Of a DNA stretch of 64,000 nt, positions 24,461 through 35,140 are shown piece by piece. The stretch is from Vicugna vicugna (Eukaryota). Both the position numbers and the translations under genes were made by a program. Where the stretch lies: contig MU063123.1 in NCBI GenBank assembly GCA_013265495.1, forward strand, positions 4,559,542-4,623,541, written 5' to 3'. Below the pieces are notes generated by a model. That model had not been told where the DNA came from, did not search any database, and saw only the letters and a list, made by a program, of their open reading frames with translations. Numbering within the stretch: position 1 is the first letter of the stretch; every line of letters starts with the position of its first letter.

Positions 24461-27400
24461 GTTTTTAAAGGTATTTATTAAAATGGCTTTTAAAAATTAC
24501 AATTTAAGAATCATTTAAAAATTACTTACATTTAAAAATGGGGAAAAAGGAAGATGTTGAATTTATTCATGATTTGTGTTTGCCTATATTAAGTGCATTT
24601 TGCACCACAGCCCTGGGAAGGGAGTATTACCATTATTCCCATTTTACAGAAGAGGAAACTGAGGCCCAGAGAGCTTGGGTAACCTGCCTGAAGTCACCCA
24701 GGCAAGACAACAGGAACTGGAAACCTCCTTTCCGTGTGCTTTTCCCACTGGCTCTGCCCCTCCCCACTCTCTGCTGAGCTGAGCCCTGGGGAGGGGCACC
24801 CTATAGACAGACACCCCCAGCAGGTGCTCTGGGGGCCCGTGTTACTCTTGGGGGTAGAGGCAAAGTGATCTACCTCTGAGGGGCCTGGAGAACATGTGTC
24901 AGGTTACAAAGAAGCGGGGCTGTGCAGTTTCAACAGCTCTGACTGTGCAGGTAGCCTCCGGCCCTCCCCCAGGAAGCCGAGGGCCCACGGGGGCACCGGG
25001 CCAGGAATGGCTGCCTTCCCCTGAGAGCCGTGGGCACTGTGGGGGCCCTGGGGCTGTGAGGGGCCGTGCAGGGGGTTAGTGGTGCAAGCTCAGCAGCAGC
25101 CCGTGAAAACCAAAGGCAGGAGGGGCTCAGCTCTGGGATTCCGGGGCCCCGAGGGCCACTCCAAGTGGCAACCACTTGTAGCAGAGTCTGCTAACAGCAA
25201 CCCTAGGGCCACATTTAGCTGCAGGACCAGCCTGGCCGAAGCTCAGCTAGGTCTCCTGCCCTTCCTCCAGATGGGCAGATTTTTCTTCACTGACTCAATG
25301 CTTAGCACACCCATGGTCTGCAGTGCAGGTGGCTCATGTCAGAGCAGTTCTGTGAACATGGTGGGAGTTACTCTGGTGAGGCTTCGAGCTGACCCTTCTG
25401 GAAAAGAGGGTGGGAGTCTGAGGATTAACCACTGCCTGGCAGCCCTGTGAAAGGAGGCTGGGCCTTGGAAAAGGTTCCAGCCCAAGGGTGGCCCCCATCC
25501 AGGTTCACTGGTGAACTGAGTCTCAGGGTAGAAAGTCAGATAAGAAAGTTACTTTTGCTTTGAGAATTTTACCCCTGTAGTCCCTCAACACAGCATCATG
25601 GCAACTCATGATGGGAGTGAAAAGAGTCTGGAAAAAGTCTAAATCAGATCAGGGTTCTTTCCTTTGGCAACTTTTAGCTGTGTGGCCTTACATGTACCCC
25701 CACCCCTGCCTCGTTTTCTTATCTGCATCATGCGGGTGAAAATGGTTACTTCAGAGTTGGGATGATTACATGAGATAACACAATGAAAACCGCTCCAGGA
25801 AGTGCACACTGTTCAACAGGTGGCAGGCGCTGCCATCACTCCTTACCTGAGATAAGAGGTCTGTTGGGCGGTGCTTTAACCCTCGCACAAGGTCTACACT
25901 CAGCATCAGGCATGAGGAATGACTTTAGAATAGCTGAATGCCCCATCTGAGGGGATCTCTGAGGTCATCTCGTTCACCCTCCCCCTCCCTCCCATTTCTA
26001 GAAGAAACTGAGGTTCTCAGTGATGACTTGTCAACAGTCTGCCACCTAAGAGCTGAGCCTCAACTCGTATCTCTGGTCATGTGGCCAGGGGTTGCTGCCA
26101 CAGCCCCCGTTCCTGATGCCTCTGAACCTGCTGGGACCTGGTGACGGTCACTACTGCATCACCACCCTGTACCGGATGCCAGAATCAGGGTGAGAGTTCA
26201 GTCCACCACATTTCACTGATCGTAATCGAACCAGGATCACCCAAAATAAAAGGCCAAGAGAACAAAATGACTAACATGATGTAAAAAAAAAAAAAAGCCT
26301 TAGAAATTATAGACCAGTTTTTTGAGAAAATTTTAAAGGACTTACCCTTAATCTTGTTTCTATTTGATTTGGTGCATATCATGGGGAATTTATGCTTTGC
26401 CTGTCTCCTCTCCAAATGGTCTGGTAGTACTTAAACAGGACTTAAATCCTGCAACTTGGCCCTTAAGATGTCATTAAACTTTGAAGTAGATGTTTTAGTC
26501 TAGGTGTGGAATTTAGCCCAGGTGTGACAGTTGCTGTGTTTGTTTCCAGATTTTCTAAAGCCCCTACAGCTGGTCGAAGTTGCTCCATCAACTTCTATCC
26601 CTGTTAACAAACATGTTCTCTAACCAGTGGATTTCCCTGGAGCACCCACCTTAAATGCCCAAGGGCCCCTGGACTTCTATCTTTGTGGGGGAGAGAAGGT
26701 GGGAAATGCTTTTTCTACAGGTATGAATGTGCTCTGGCATCTCAGGAATTTGAGCACAGAGGCTGAGGTCAGACAGCGGGGTGTGCATGCCCAGCCCTGG
26801 GTCACATTCTCTCGGGGAGGCATTTCCCAAGGGGCTCCCAGTGTGCCCTCCCAGTGATTCACACAGTGGCCCTGACATCCCTCAGAGGTTGAAATTTTTC
26901 CATGTCCCTTCTAGGGAGTCTAGCTCAGGGGTTAAACACACAGGCCTTGGAGTCATTTGCATCCCAGACCTTCACTTCAGCTGTGGGATGATCTGAAACA
27001 AGTTACTCCCAGGATGGAAACTCTGCTAGGTGGGCCAGGAAAGGAGGTACAATTCAATTTGATCAGTCTTGTTGCCAATGGACTCATCTGGAGAGCAAGT
27101 TGAAAGTGATGGCAGGAAACAAGTTTTTGGTTTATTGCAGCAAATAATCTGCTCCAGTGATCATAGGCCCGTATTTATTATGAGTAAAAAAAAAAATGAG
27201 CATGGATTCTATGAGAATCTTAAATAATGGTCTCAGGCCCCACTGTTGAGACCTCTTCATAGGAGCCTTGGGGGCTTTCATGCCAAAGCCGGAGACCCTG
27301 CAGGTTCCAATCTCAGCAGGCACTGTACCCAGAGAAGCAAAGCTTGGCTTTAGAGAGCACAGCTTCAGACCCTCCCAATTCAGCCACTCCAGGTAATCTT

Positions 27401-27980
27401 ACTGAAACAAACATTACAATTGCCTGTGACAACGAGCACCGAGCCCACTGTTGTGATACCATGGTGAGCTCGTCTGGCAAACACTGAGGACGCCCCAGTA
27501 TGTTAACTTCCTCCCAGCAGCAACTATGAGGATTTCCTCTTCTTTCACACTGAGTCACCATCCCATCCGCAAACCCCAGAGAACTGATGTCTCAGTGCTG
27601 CAGCTGGCCTGGGGGAGTCCTCCCACCCGGCCCTCAGCCCAGAGCCAGACTATTCATGGGGCACTAGTAACACTGGCCCCAGGAGGTACAGGGACCAAGG
27701 TCCAGAAGCGCCTCTGTCCTCCAGTGGCAGCGTCTTTGTAACTTCAACAACTCGCCCAGTGCAGGGGGCACAGGAGGCCTCGCTGCACATCTGTGCATTT
27801 GTGTACTGCTGCACAGGGCCCTCAGGGGGCAAGAAATTCCAGGAAGCTTCTGGAAATGGAAATTGCCAAGCTGTCTGGCAAGGGAGAGAAGCCACAGAAC
27901 ATCCCTCACCCCTTCTACCCACAGCCTTGCAGAGCCCCCCCCCCCCACCGCCGCAGCCTGCTTCAGAGTCCGTCACTTAC

Positions 27981-28050
27981 CCAGGGCTCCTTGGCAGATG
28001 TCTGTGCGGGTGGCTCCTTCAGTAATAAATTGGGGATCACTGCAGATCTC
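27981..28050 (-). CDS. CAPN2: CAPN2 exon 2 (70 nt)
   Basis: Read manually (not in the ORF track): ttccag|GAG ATC TGC AGT GAT CCC CAA TTT ATT ACT GAA GGA GCC ACC CGC ACA GAC ATC TGC CAA GGA GCC CTG G|gtaagt = [23 protein letters not shown](G). Confidence 0.97.
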
Positions 28051-29584
28051 CTGGAAATAAGACCCACAAAGTGCTGTCAACCCACCAGGCCTGAATTTTT
28101 ACACCCATCTTGGCTCCCAAAGGGTACATCGGACCCCCTTTCCCTGTTCCCCACCCCTCTAGGGAAAGTTCTGCAGTTACAGTTAGACTGCCATGGGATC
28201 CTTCTCTGACCTCTGCTCTGGGGGTCCTGACGGGTGGTGGGGACACCACTGCTCCACTGGCGCTCATCACCCAAACTGCCCAGAGTCCACTTCATCATGC
28301 TACTTCCTGGGGCCGGGGCAGCACCAAGTCCAGCCTCCTCTGGGGGCCTTGAAACTGTCTACTCTGTGGAACTGCCCTACCCACCACGCCAGCCCCTCTC
28401 CTCTCTTCCTGCGTGTAAGCTGTTCTGCCTGCATGGAATACTTCCCTCTCCCACCCTGTTCTCTCCTTTTCCACATGTTACCATATCTCAAGACTCATTG
28501 TCACCAACTCCAAGAAGGCCTCCTTCCCCATCCAGCCCTCACCCCTCCCTTTGATTCTGAGTCCCAGCGCATCTGTACTCTGTAATTTAGTATCTGGTTG
28601 TGTGCTCTGCCGCGGTGCTGACAGGGGTCACTGTCTTCCTAACACTCACACTCTTCTTGAGGGCAGGGCCATGTATCCAGCCTTCTGAACCGGCCCACGG
28701 GCCGTGGTACTTGGGGCAGCCACAGACTGTGCGCCTGCTGTCAAAACCGTGCATGGTGTCTCATCTCAGGCACCCCCTCAGGAACACAGATGTGCACCGA
28801 CCCCGTTTTACAGGTGAGGAAACAGGCTCAGAGATAAAGCAACGTGACTCAAGTTACATCACTCATAAGCAGTAGACAGCACGGCAATCTGAACTTGCTG
28901 GTGTTAAACCACATACTCTTTCCCCTGCTGCGCTCCCTCTGACTGATCAGACCAGGCCTCGAAGGGCTGTCCACGTCGCCTGGCTGAACAGTGCTAGCTC
29001 GGAGGCAGCTCTATCTGTGTAAGTTTCCTGATTCTGAAAAGCCCCACCCGACAGCCACAGAGGAAGTCAGGCATGAATCTGGGCTTCCCTCCGCCGGGGC
29101 CCCTGGTTTGCAGGAGCTCCACCCGACAGCCCCTGGTGGGCCCCTGTCCATCCTGCCTTAGACGGTGGAGGCTCTTCCAGAATCTGCAGCACGACACCCT
29201 CCTTTCCTGCTCTGCACAGTCCCTTCTCTGCTTAGGCTGGCCTGTTTGGGGGATGACAGAACCAATGAGAATATTTTTCTGCTGAGCCAAACGAAGCTAG
29301 CTCTGCCCAAGGCCTGCCAGGCTAGCACTTATCCAGCTGACGGAATAGACTGGGCCTGGTGCTGGGAGCCCAAGAACCATGCTGATAATCCTCAGTGCAC
29401 CAGGCACTTACCCCAGGAGGATTTTTCCATTATGTTTGAGAAACTTTCTCACTCTTTTGGCAGCCTCTCCAAAGAAGGCAAAGTTTAGAGTGGCCCTCAG
29501 AGATGCTTCAGGAAATGGAAACTTGTTACAACATGAAGAACACTGAATTAAATACAGAATGTCAGAGTCCGAGGACGCGGGCGA

Positions 29585-29800
29585 GGGCTGGGGCTTTGGA
29601 GTCAGACAACCTGGGCTTAAATCCTGGCCCTGCCACTTCTTATATGGGTTCTATGACCCTGACAAGTTACTTCCCTCTTTAAGCCTCAGTTTCCTCATCT
29701 CTATAATGGGGATGGTGATGACATGTGCACCCACCACACAAGGTTGTTTTGGGGGTTGGATGAGATAACTATGTAAGAGTGTCTCGGCAAGCACGCTATT
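29585..29800 (+). mobile_element. MIR SINE
   Basis: GGAGTCAGACAACCTGGG...GACAAGTTACTT...AGCCTCAGTTTCCTCATCTCTATAATGGGGAT. Confidence 0.8.
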
Positions 29801-32395
29801 ACCTACTATTGTTATTACCAAATAAGTTGATGATTATAATCTCTGAACTTGGATGCAGCAGATGCAGATTTGAGGCTGAGTTCAGCCAGCTGAGTGTAAA
29901 CACTCAGGTCTTAGATGTCTCAGGGTAAAATGGGGACTGACACACCTGCCCTGGCTCCCAAGGGACTGGTGCCATCCTTGGATGGCCAGTGTGAAGGCCC
30001 ATCCACTGTGACTTCAGCCATGCCCTCCTCAGCCCCCTGCCTGAGCCCGGAGTCCTCTGCAGCCAGTGTGGGACATCCTCGCAGAGAAGGAGCAGTCCCT
30101 CAGCCTGTTCCTGCCCGCCCTAATGTCCCATCCTGTTTCACCGTCTCCTCCCTGCTTTTATCTTCAGTCCCTTCCTCTTGGTGACGCAGAACACATTCCA
30201 GATGCTCCCATCTGATACAACAGCCCCTCAAACCCCAGGTCCCACCCTCCCTGCCACTCCTCCTCCTCTCCTCTCACAGGCGCCCCTGCCACATGAGGTG
30301 AGCACGCTCTTCATTTCCGGTTCCTTACTTTGGGGTCTGGCTTCCACCCCACTGAAATTCTATCCCCTTGCAGTTGCTCTGTTAAAGTCACCATGACTTG
30401 CTTCCATCCAGATCCAGGGGACACATGTTTGTTGGCCCTGCCTGACCACAGCAGTGTTTGGGAAGACAGAGGAGGCGGCTGTGAGCTGTGGGCTCTCACA
30501 TCCACAGGCTGGACACAGCCCTGCCTCCATCCCTACACACCTACATGAGCAAATATTTTAGCCTTCCAAGCCTCAATTTCTTCAACTGCTGACTGGGAAT
30601 ATAATAGCTACCCCCTGCCTTGGTTGTGCAGTGGACAGACTGTCCTGCACTAAGCAGGGGACCTGGAATGGCTCCCAATCTCTACTTCCCCATCTGGGAG
30701 TCCTACAGGCATTTCCAATTGCTGGGTGACCTGTGTCCCCTCACAAGCGCTTGAAGCATTCAGAGGCAGAAGCCATATGCACTGTGCCTGGCATACAGTA
30801 GGTGTCCAATACATGTTTATTGCATGAATGAAAGAATAAGTAAAGATGTGTGTAAATTCACTTTGTGCACTGTAAAGGGCTATACAAGTATAAGGTGAAT
30901 ACATTATCTTGTTCATCACTTTCACAGCTGTAATTCCGTTTGAGGCTCATTACAATCTTGCATTCATTCATTCATTCCACAAGGAGTCACTGTCTGTTCA
31001 CAGATGTATCCCAAGCATTTAAGACAGTGCCTGACGTGTAACAGGCACTTAGTGAACATTGTTAAATGAATGAATGATGCATGGATACTGTGAATGCACT
31101 AGGGATAAACTGTTGAATAACACACACATGGTCCCTGCAGTGCAGTAGGAAGGACACACAAATTATGTAGTTACATTTATAAACTGTGAAAATGCTATGA
31201 AGGAAATTGGCACAGTTCATTGAGAAAGAATACAAGACGGGAAGGGGGCTGCTAAGAAGATCAGGAAGGATCTCTTTGGGGAGGGGCTGTTTGACTAAGT
31301 CCCAAAGAGTGAGTGAGCCAGACTCCAGAAAACCAGGAAAGGGTGTCCCTGGCAGGTGAGGCAGGAAAGAGCTGGGTGCCCTTGAGAAACTAGAAGGTGC
31401 TCAGCCTGGTGAGTCAGTGAAGAGGGGAAACTATTTAGGAATAACTTCTTTTAGAGGAAGAAACGGAGGTGAAACGGCTCTTGCAGGTTAGCAAGAAATG
31501 AACTCAAGTGCTCCGGGCCAAGGGCACTACCTACTGTACTTATCGCCTGTGGGCTGGGTTCAGGGTAACAGAAGGAGACTGGAGGAGGAGGGGGCTCCGA
31601 GGACTGGAAGCAGGGCAGGACTGCTTATTTTCATAACAGGAATCTAGAGGTTGGATTTCCCAGGGAGCCTCCTTGAGGTCTGGTGGGGGAAGCTTGGGGA
31701 GCAGTCACACAGGAGGTGGGGCCAGCAGGGCTGCCCTGGGAAACAGCATGGATGATTGGAGTAGGGAGCAAACTGTCCCAAGGCCTTCCAGGGCAAGGGG
31801 GACAGAGACCCAGCGCGCGGGATAAGGGAGCTCAGAGGGGCCCCTGAGACTCCAGGGTGAGGATTCTGGGCCAGTGAGTGAGGGGCAGGCACTGGCTTCT
31901 TCTCCCCGGTCCTTTGATAATCACCAGGTTCAATGTTAAGGGGAGGTCTCCTCAGCTCCCATTTGTTAAAATAAGCAGGAAACTGACTGGATAAATCTAA
32001 CCATCACTGCATGAGACAATCCTCAGTCACAAAGGACCGGGCCGTGAGGAGACTTCCCCCCTCCCCGAAGCAGACAGAACCAAGTCAGAGACCGACTTTC
32101 CCCGGTTAAACACTGCCCCCCGCATCCCGCTTCCTTTCTCCGCAGACTCTTCCCCACTTCCCACCATCTCCTCATTGGAGTCCAACTGAAGTTTCCTCCA
32201 GGTCCCTTTATGTCACCCGAGTATCTGTGCGGTTTTGCTGGCGGGCCTGCTTGTGGGATTGGAGGGCAGTGTGCACCTCGGCCCGTCCTGCAGAAGCCGC
32301 GGGTGGCAGAGGGGACGCGGGCGACCCGGGAGCCTCCCCCGACCCCGCGCCTGCAGAGCCCCTGGCTCGGCTGCGGGCCGGGCTCCGCGCGCTCC

Positions 32396-32426
32396 CCGAG
32401 CGCCGAGCGCCGAGCGCCGAGCGCCG
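32396..32426. repeat. (CCGAGCG)x4 heptamer tandem repeat in CAPN2 intron 1
   Basis: Four exact units plus CCG, read directly. Confidence 0.95.
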
Positions 32427-32504
32427 GGTCAGGAGGCCCAGGCGCCGCGCCTCCGGGCCCCGAACCCCGCCCGCCCCGCCTCCCGCCGCGGGCGCGCTCC
32501 CTAC

Positions 32505-32741
32505 CGTGGGCCGCTTCCACTCGATGCCCCGGGTCTTGCTGGAGTAGGGGCCCAGCTCCTTGAAGCCCAGGGAAGACGGGAGGGCGGGGAAGGAGGGGTC
32601 CTGGAAGAGCACGCCGGCCTCCAGGCACTCGTCCCGCAGCGCCGCGTAGTCCTGGTTGAGGTACTTGACCGCCCTCTCGTGCGAGCCCAGCCCCTCGGCC
32701 GCCTCCCGGTCCTTGGCCAGCTTGGCCGCGATGCCTGCCAT
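32505..32741 (-). CDS. CAPN2: Calpain-2 catalytic subunit, coding exon 1 (237 nt, aa 1-79)
   Basis: Translates MAGIAAKLAKDREAAEGLGSHERAVKYLNQDYAALRDECLEAGVLFQDPSFPALPSSLGFKELGPYSSKTRGIEWKRPT, the m-calpain N-terminus. ATG at 32741 in GACCATGG context; donor ACG|GTAGGG at 32504. Confidence 0.98.
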
Positions 32742-33428
32742 GGTCGGGCCCGGCGCCGGCGCTGCGGCCCAGCGAGCGAGCGGGGGTCTCGGCTGCTGCG
32801 CGGCGCGCGGCGCTCGGCAGCGGGACTGCGGGCGGCTGCCGCGGGCGGTGATTCACCCGGCAGGGACAGCACCCTCCGCCCGGCGGGGCGTGGCCTGGCC
32901 GCTCCCGGCCTGCTCGGCGCCCCGCCCGGGCCCCGCCGGCCGGCGGCCTGCGGAGCAGCGGCGGGACGCCGGCGGCCCGCGCGGCCGGTGCTGCCACCTG
33001 CGGACGGCCCCCGGGATGGCCCTGCTGGCCGGCGCCGCGCACTCGGGCGTCCGGGTGGAAAAGTCGGGACTCCAACCGGACCCCGATGGCCGACTTCCCA
33101 CCTGCGGGGGAGGAAGGCTGGGAGAAACCCGAGGCTGGGCAGTCGTGATTCCCGAGGAAACACCCTGTGAGTCACATCCCGGAGAGAGCTCGAGGAGATA
33201 ATATTAGCTCTGTAAGAAGCTTGTCCTTCTGCTAGGGCCCCCACTTTACAGATGCGAAAATTACGCATCAGCGAGGTTAAGTGATGCTACTCTATGTCGC
33301 ACAGTCAGGGGCAGAACAGGGATTCTGTTACCAGAGGCCGCGTTATAATCAGGATGCTGCGCACCGCTATGAGTTAGGTATATGATCACAGATAGGGTTG
33401 CCAGATTTGGCAAATAAACATACATCCT

Positions 33429-33566
33429 AGCGGAGGGAGGGAGGAGAGGTACACCTCAGTGTTAAAGCGCATGCTTAGCATGCACAAAGTCCTGGGTTCA
33501 ATCCCCAGTGCCTCTATTTTTTTTTAAAAAGTAATAAACAATAAATAAACTAATCCCCTCCCCCAT
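33429..33566 (+). mobile_element. tRNA-Ala-derived SINE inserted in a MER53-like MITE
   Basis: GCATGCTTAGCATGCACAAAGTCCTGGGTTCAATCCCCAGT core; TSD TACATCCT at 33421-33428 and 33567-33574. Confidence 0.85.
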
Positions 33567-33676
33567 TACATCCTCCCAGTTAAATTTGAATTTCAGGCAA
33601 ATACCAGTGATCTTTTAGAATAAGTACGTCCGAAATATTGCATGGGGGCATACTTGAACTAAAAAATTATTCATTA

Positions 33677-34221
33677 TGTTGGGGAGCAATCTTTGCCTCC
33701 CCCAAATGTCTCTTTGGCATATAGATTACTTCAAGCTGAAAGTAATCAAGACCAAAAAAGGACCTGACCTAGAAACTGCCTAAAGAATTTAGATAAAGTG
33801 CCCACTCCTGGATAGAGCCATGACCAGAGATATCTGCGAAGAATAGGGGCTAGGTGTGGAAGGGGAACTCAAGCAGGGCCTGGAGATCTGATTCCTCTGT
33901 GTCCCATTGTCTCTGTGTGGGCCCAGCAAACATTTACTCGCCAGATATTTGTTTTCCCAACTCCAAGTCAATTGCCTTCCTTCCCTTTGAAGTCCCAACC
34001 CCCTACCACCAACACCCTCTTTTGTCTTTAGCTAAAGATGGTATTTAAGGAGAGGGCTTTAGCCATTTTGGTGAATTACTGTTTTTCTGGGTCTCTCCCA
34101 TGCGTCCATGTTATTAAACTTTTTTTTGATTTTCTCCTGTTAACCTGTCTCATGTCCATTTACTTCTAAGACCAGCCAGAAAAAGCTAGAAGGGTAGAGG
34201 AAAATGTCTTCTTACCCAATA
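33677..34221 (+). mobile_element. Solo ERV1 LTR, MER34-like, splitting a MER53-like MITE
   Basis: Starts TGTTGGGGAG, carries CTCTTTGGCATATAGATTA and ends CTAGAAGGGTAGAGGAAAA...CCCAATA, resembling recalled MER34-class ends; interrupts a palindrome. The 3' boundary is approximate. Confidence 0.6.
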
Positions 34222-34409
34222 GCTGTTTATCTGAAACTCACATTTAATTGGGAGGTCTGAGTCCATACTGGTAGGACATTTAGAACCCTGTGACCGCTCG
34301 GTTGGGGAGACAGCATGAGATTCTCAACTCATACACTGAGAAATGTGTGCGTGCCAAGGAGTACGGTGCTGATATGAAGTACTTTTGTTTCAGTGGAAAG
34401 CTATGCATT

Positions 34410-35140
34410 GTTTCAAGCAGCAGTTCTTAAGCAGCGGATAAATTTGCCCTCTCCTCCTCACCCTGAGGAACATTTGACAATGTCTGGAGATAATTTTTGC
34501 TATGACTGGAGGATGGGGGGCTTGCTACTGGCCTCTACTGGGTAGAAGCCAGGGATGTTGCTAAACATCTTGAATGCCTAGGACAGCTCCCCACAGCAAA
34601 GAATTCTGTAGTCCATGTGGACTGAAAAAAAGAAAAAGCACAATGTGAGAATTGTGAATTAAGTTTTATGTGGGGCAAAATGAGGACTATTGACCAGGAG
34701 ACAGATTCAGATAGCTTAGAAGATCTCCGAAGAGACAGGGGGAAGGCCAGTATATATGTGATTTTAGTGGAAGAGGGACACGTGCAGTCAAGCACACATT
34801 TTGGCCGAAGGTTGCTGCTAGTCATGAGGAGCAGATGTCTCCTTTAATGGTTTTAAGTGCTTTTCTAGACAGGAGAAGATGCAAGAAATTGGGCTCATAA
34901 AAAAATCTCCTGAAAATATCTAACTATCTGAAGGCCTGCTCTGCCAGTTTTTCCTAGAACACAGAGGGCCTCATTCCTGATCTCAGCCCTGAACCCCTTT
35001 CAGGGTGTGCTGAAGGTCAGTGACTGCAGTGGCTGGTGACTTCGTTCTTGTAGAATCAGATGGCAAGAGACACTTTTTAGCTGGCATCTAAAATGTCAGT
35101 GACCTCAGTAATGCTGAGGCTGAGAAACCCTGGCTTAGAG
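34410..35140. mobile_element. MER20-like DNA transposon relic (34410-34615 and 35087-35140), split by an LTR
   Basis: GAACATTTGACAATGTCTGGAGA...GGGTAGAAGCCAGGGATGTTGCTAAACATC...AAAATGTC...GCTGAGGCTGAGAAACCCTG resembles the recalled MER20 consensus. Confidence 0.7.
34616..35086 (-). mobile_element. Solo ERV1-type LTR (471 bp) splitting a MER20
   Basis: TG...CA termini, TSD TCCA/TCTA; reverse strand shares GATAGTTAGATA, ATGAGCCC..TTGCATCTT and AGAAAAGCACT blocks with the other LTRs; flanks rejoin to MER20 sequence. Confidence 0.8.

Larger units (their letters stand above)
32260..33130 (-). promoter_or_regulatory. CAPN2 CpG-island promoter, 5' UTR and start of intron 1
   Basis: Very high GC and CpG density around exon 1; GC boxes (GGGGCGTGGC at 32885-32894, CCCCGCCC near 32920); no TATA box seen. 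The TSS cannot be fixed from sequence. Confidence 0.9.
33393..34275. mobile_element. MER53-like palindromic hAT MITE, broken into three pieces by a SINE and an LTR
   Basis: Starts TAGGGTTGCCAGATTT; arms at 33575-33603 and 34224-34252 are inverted repeats (23/29 identical). Family name is from memory. Confidence 0.65.

Noticed and set aside
25813-25826. CTCF-like TCAACAGGTGGCAG, and CCACCAGGTAGCC on the minus strand near 47740
   Set aside because: Mismatches at informative positions; the second lies at an L1 edge. Not distinguishable from background without PWM or ChIP data.
32023-33268. Long overlapping ORFs (350, 311, 255 and 181 aa) across the CpG island
   Set aside because: Shadow ORFs from stop-codon scarcity in very GC-rich DNA; R/P/G/A-rich with no domain. 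Only the 79 codons of CAPN2 exon 1 are supported by homology and splice signals.
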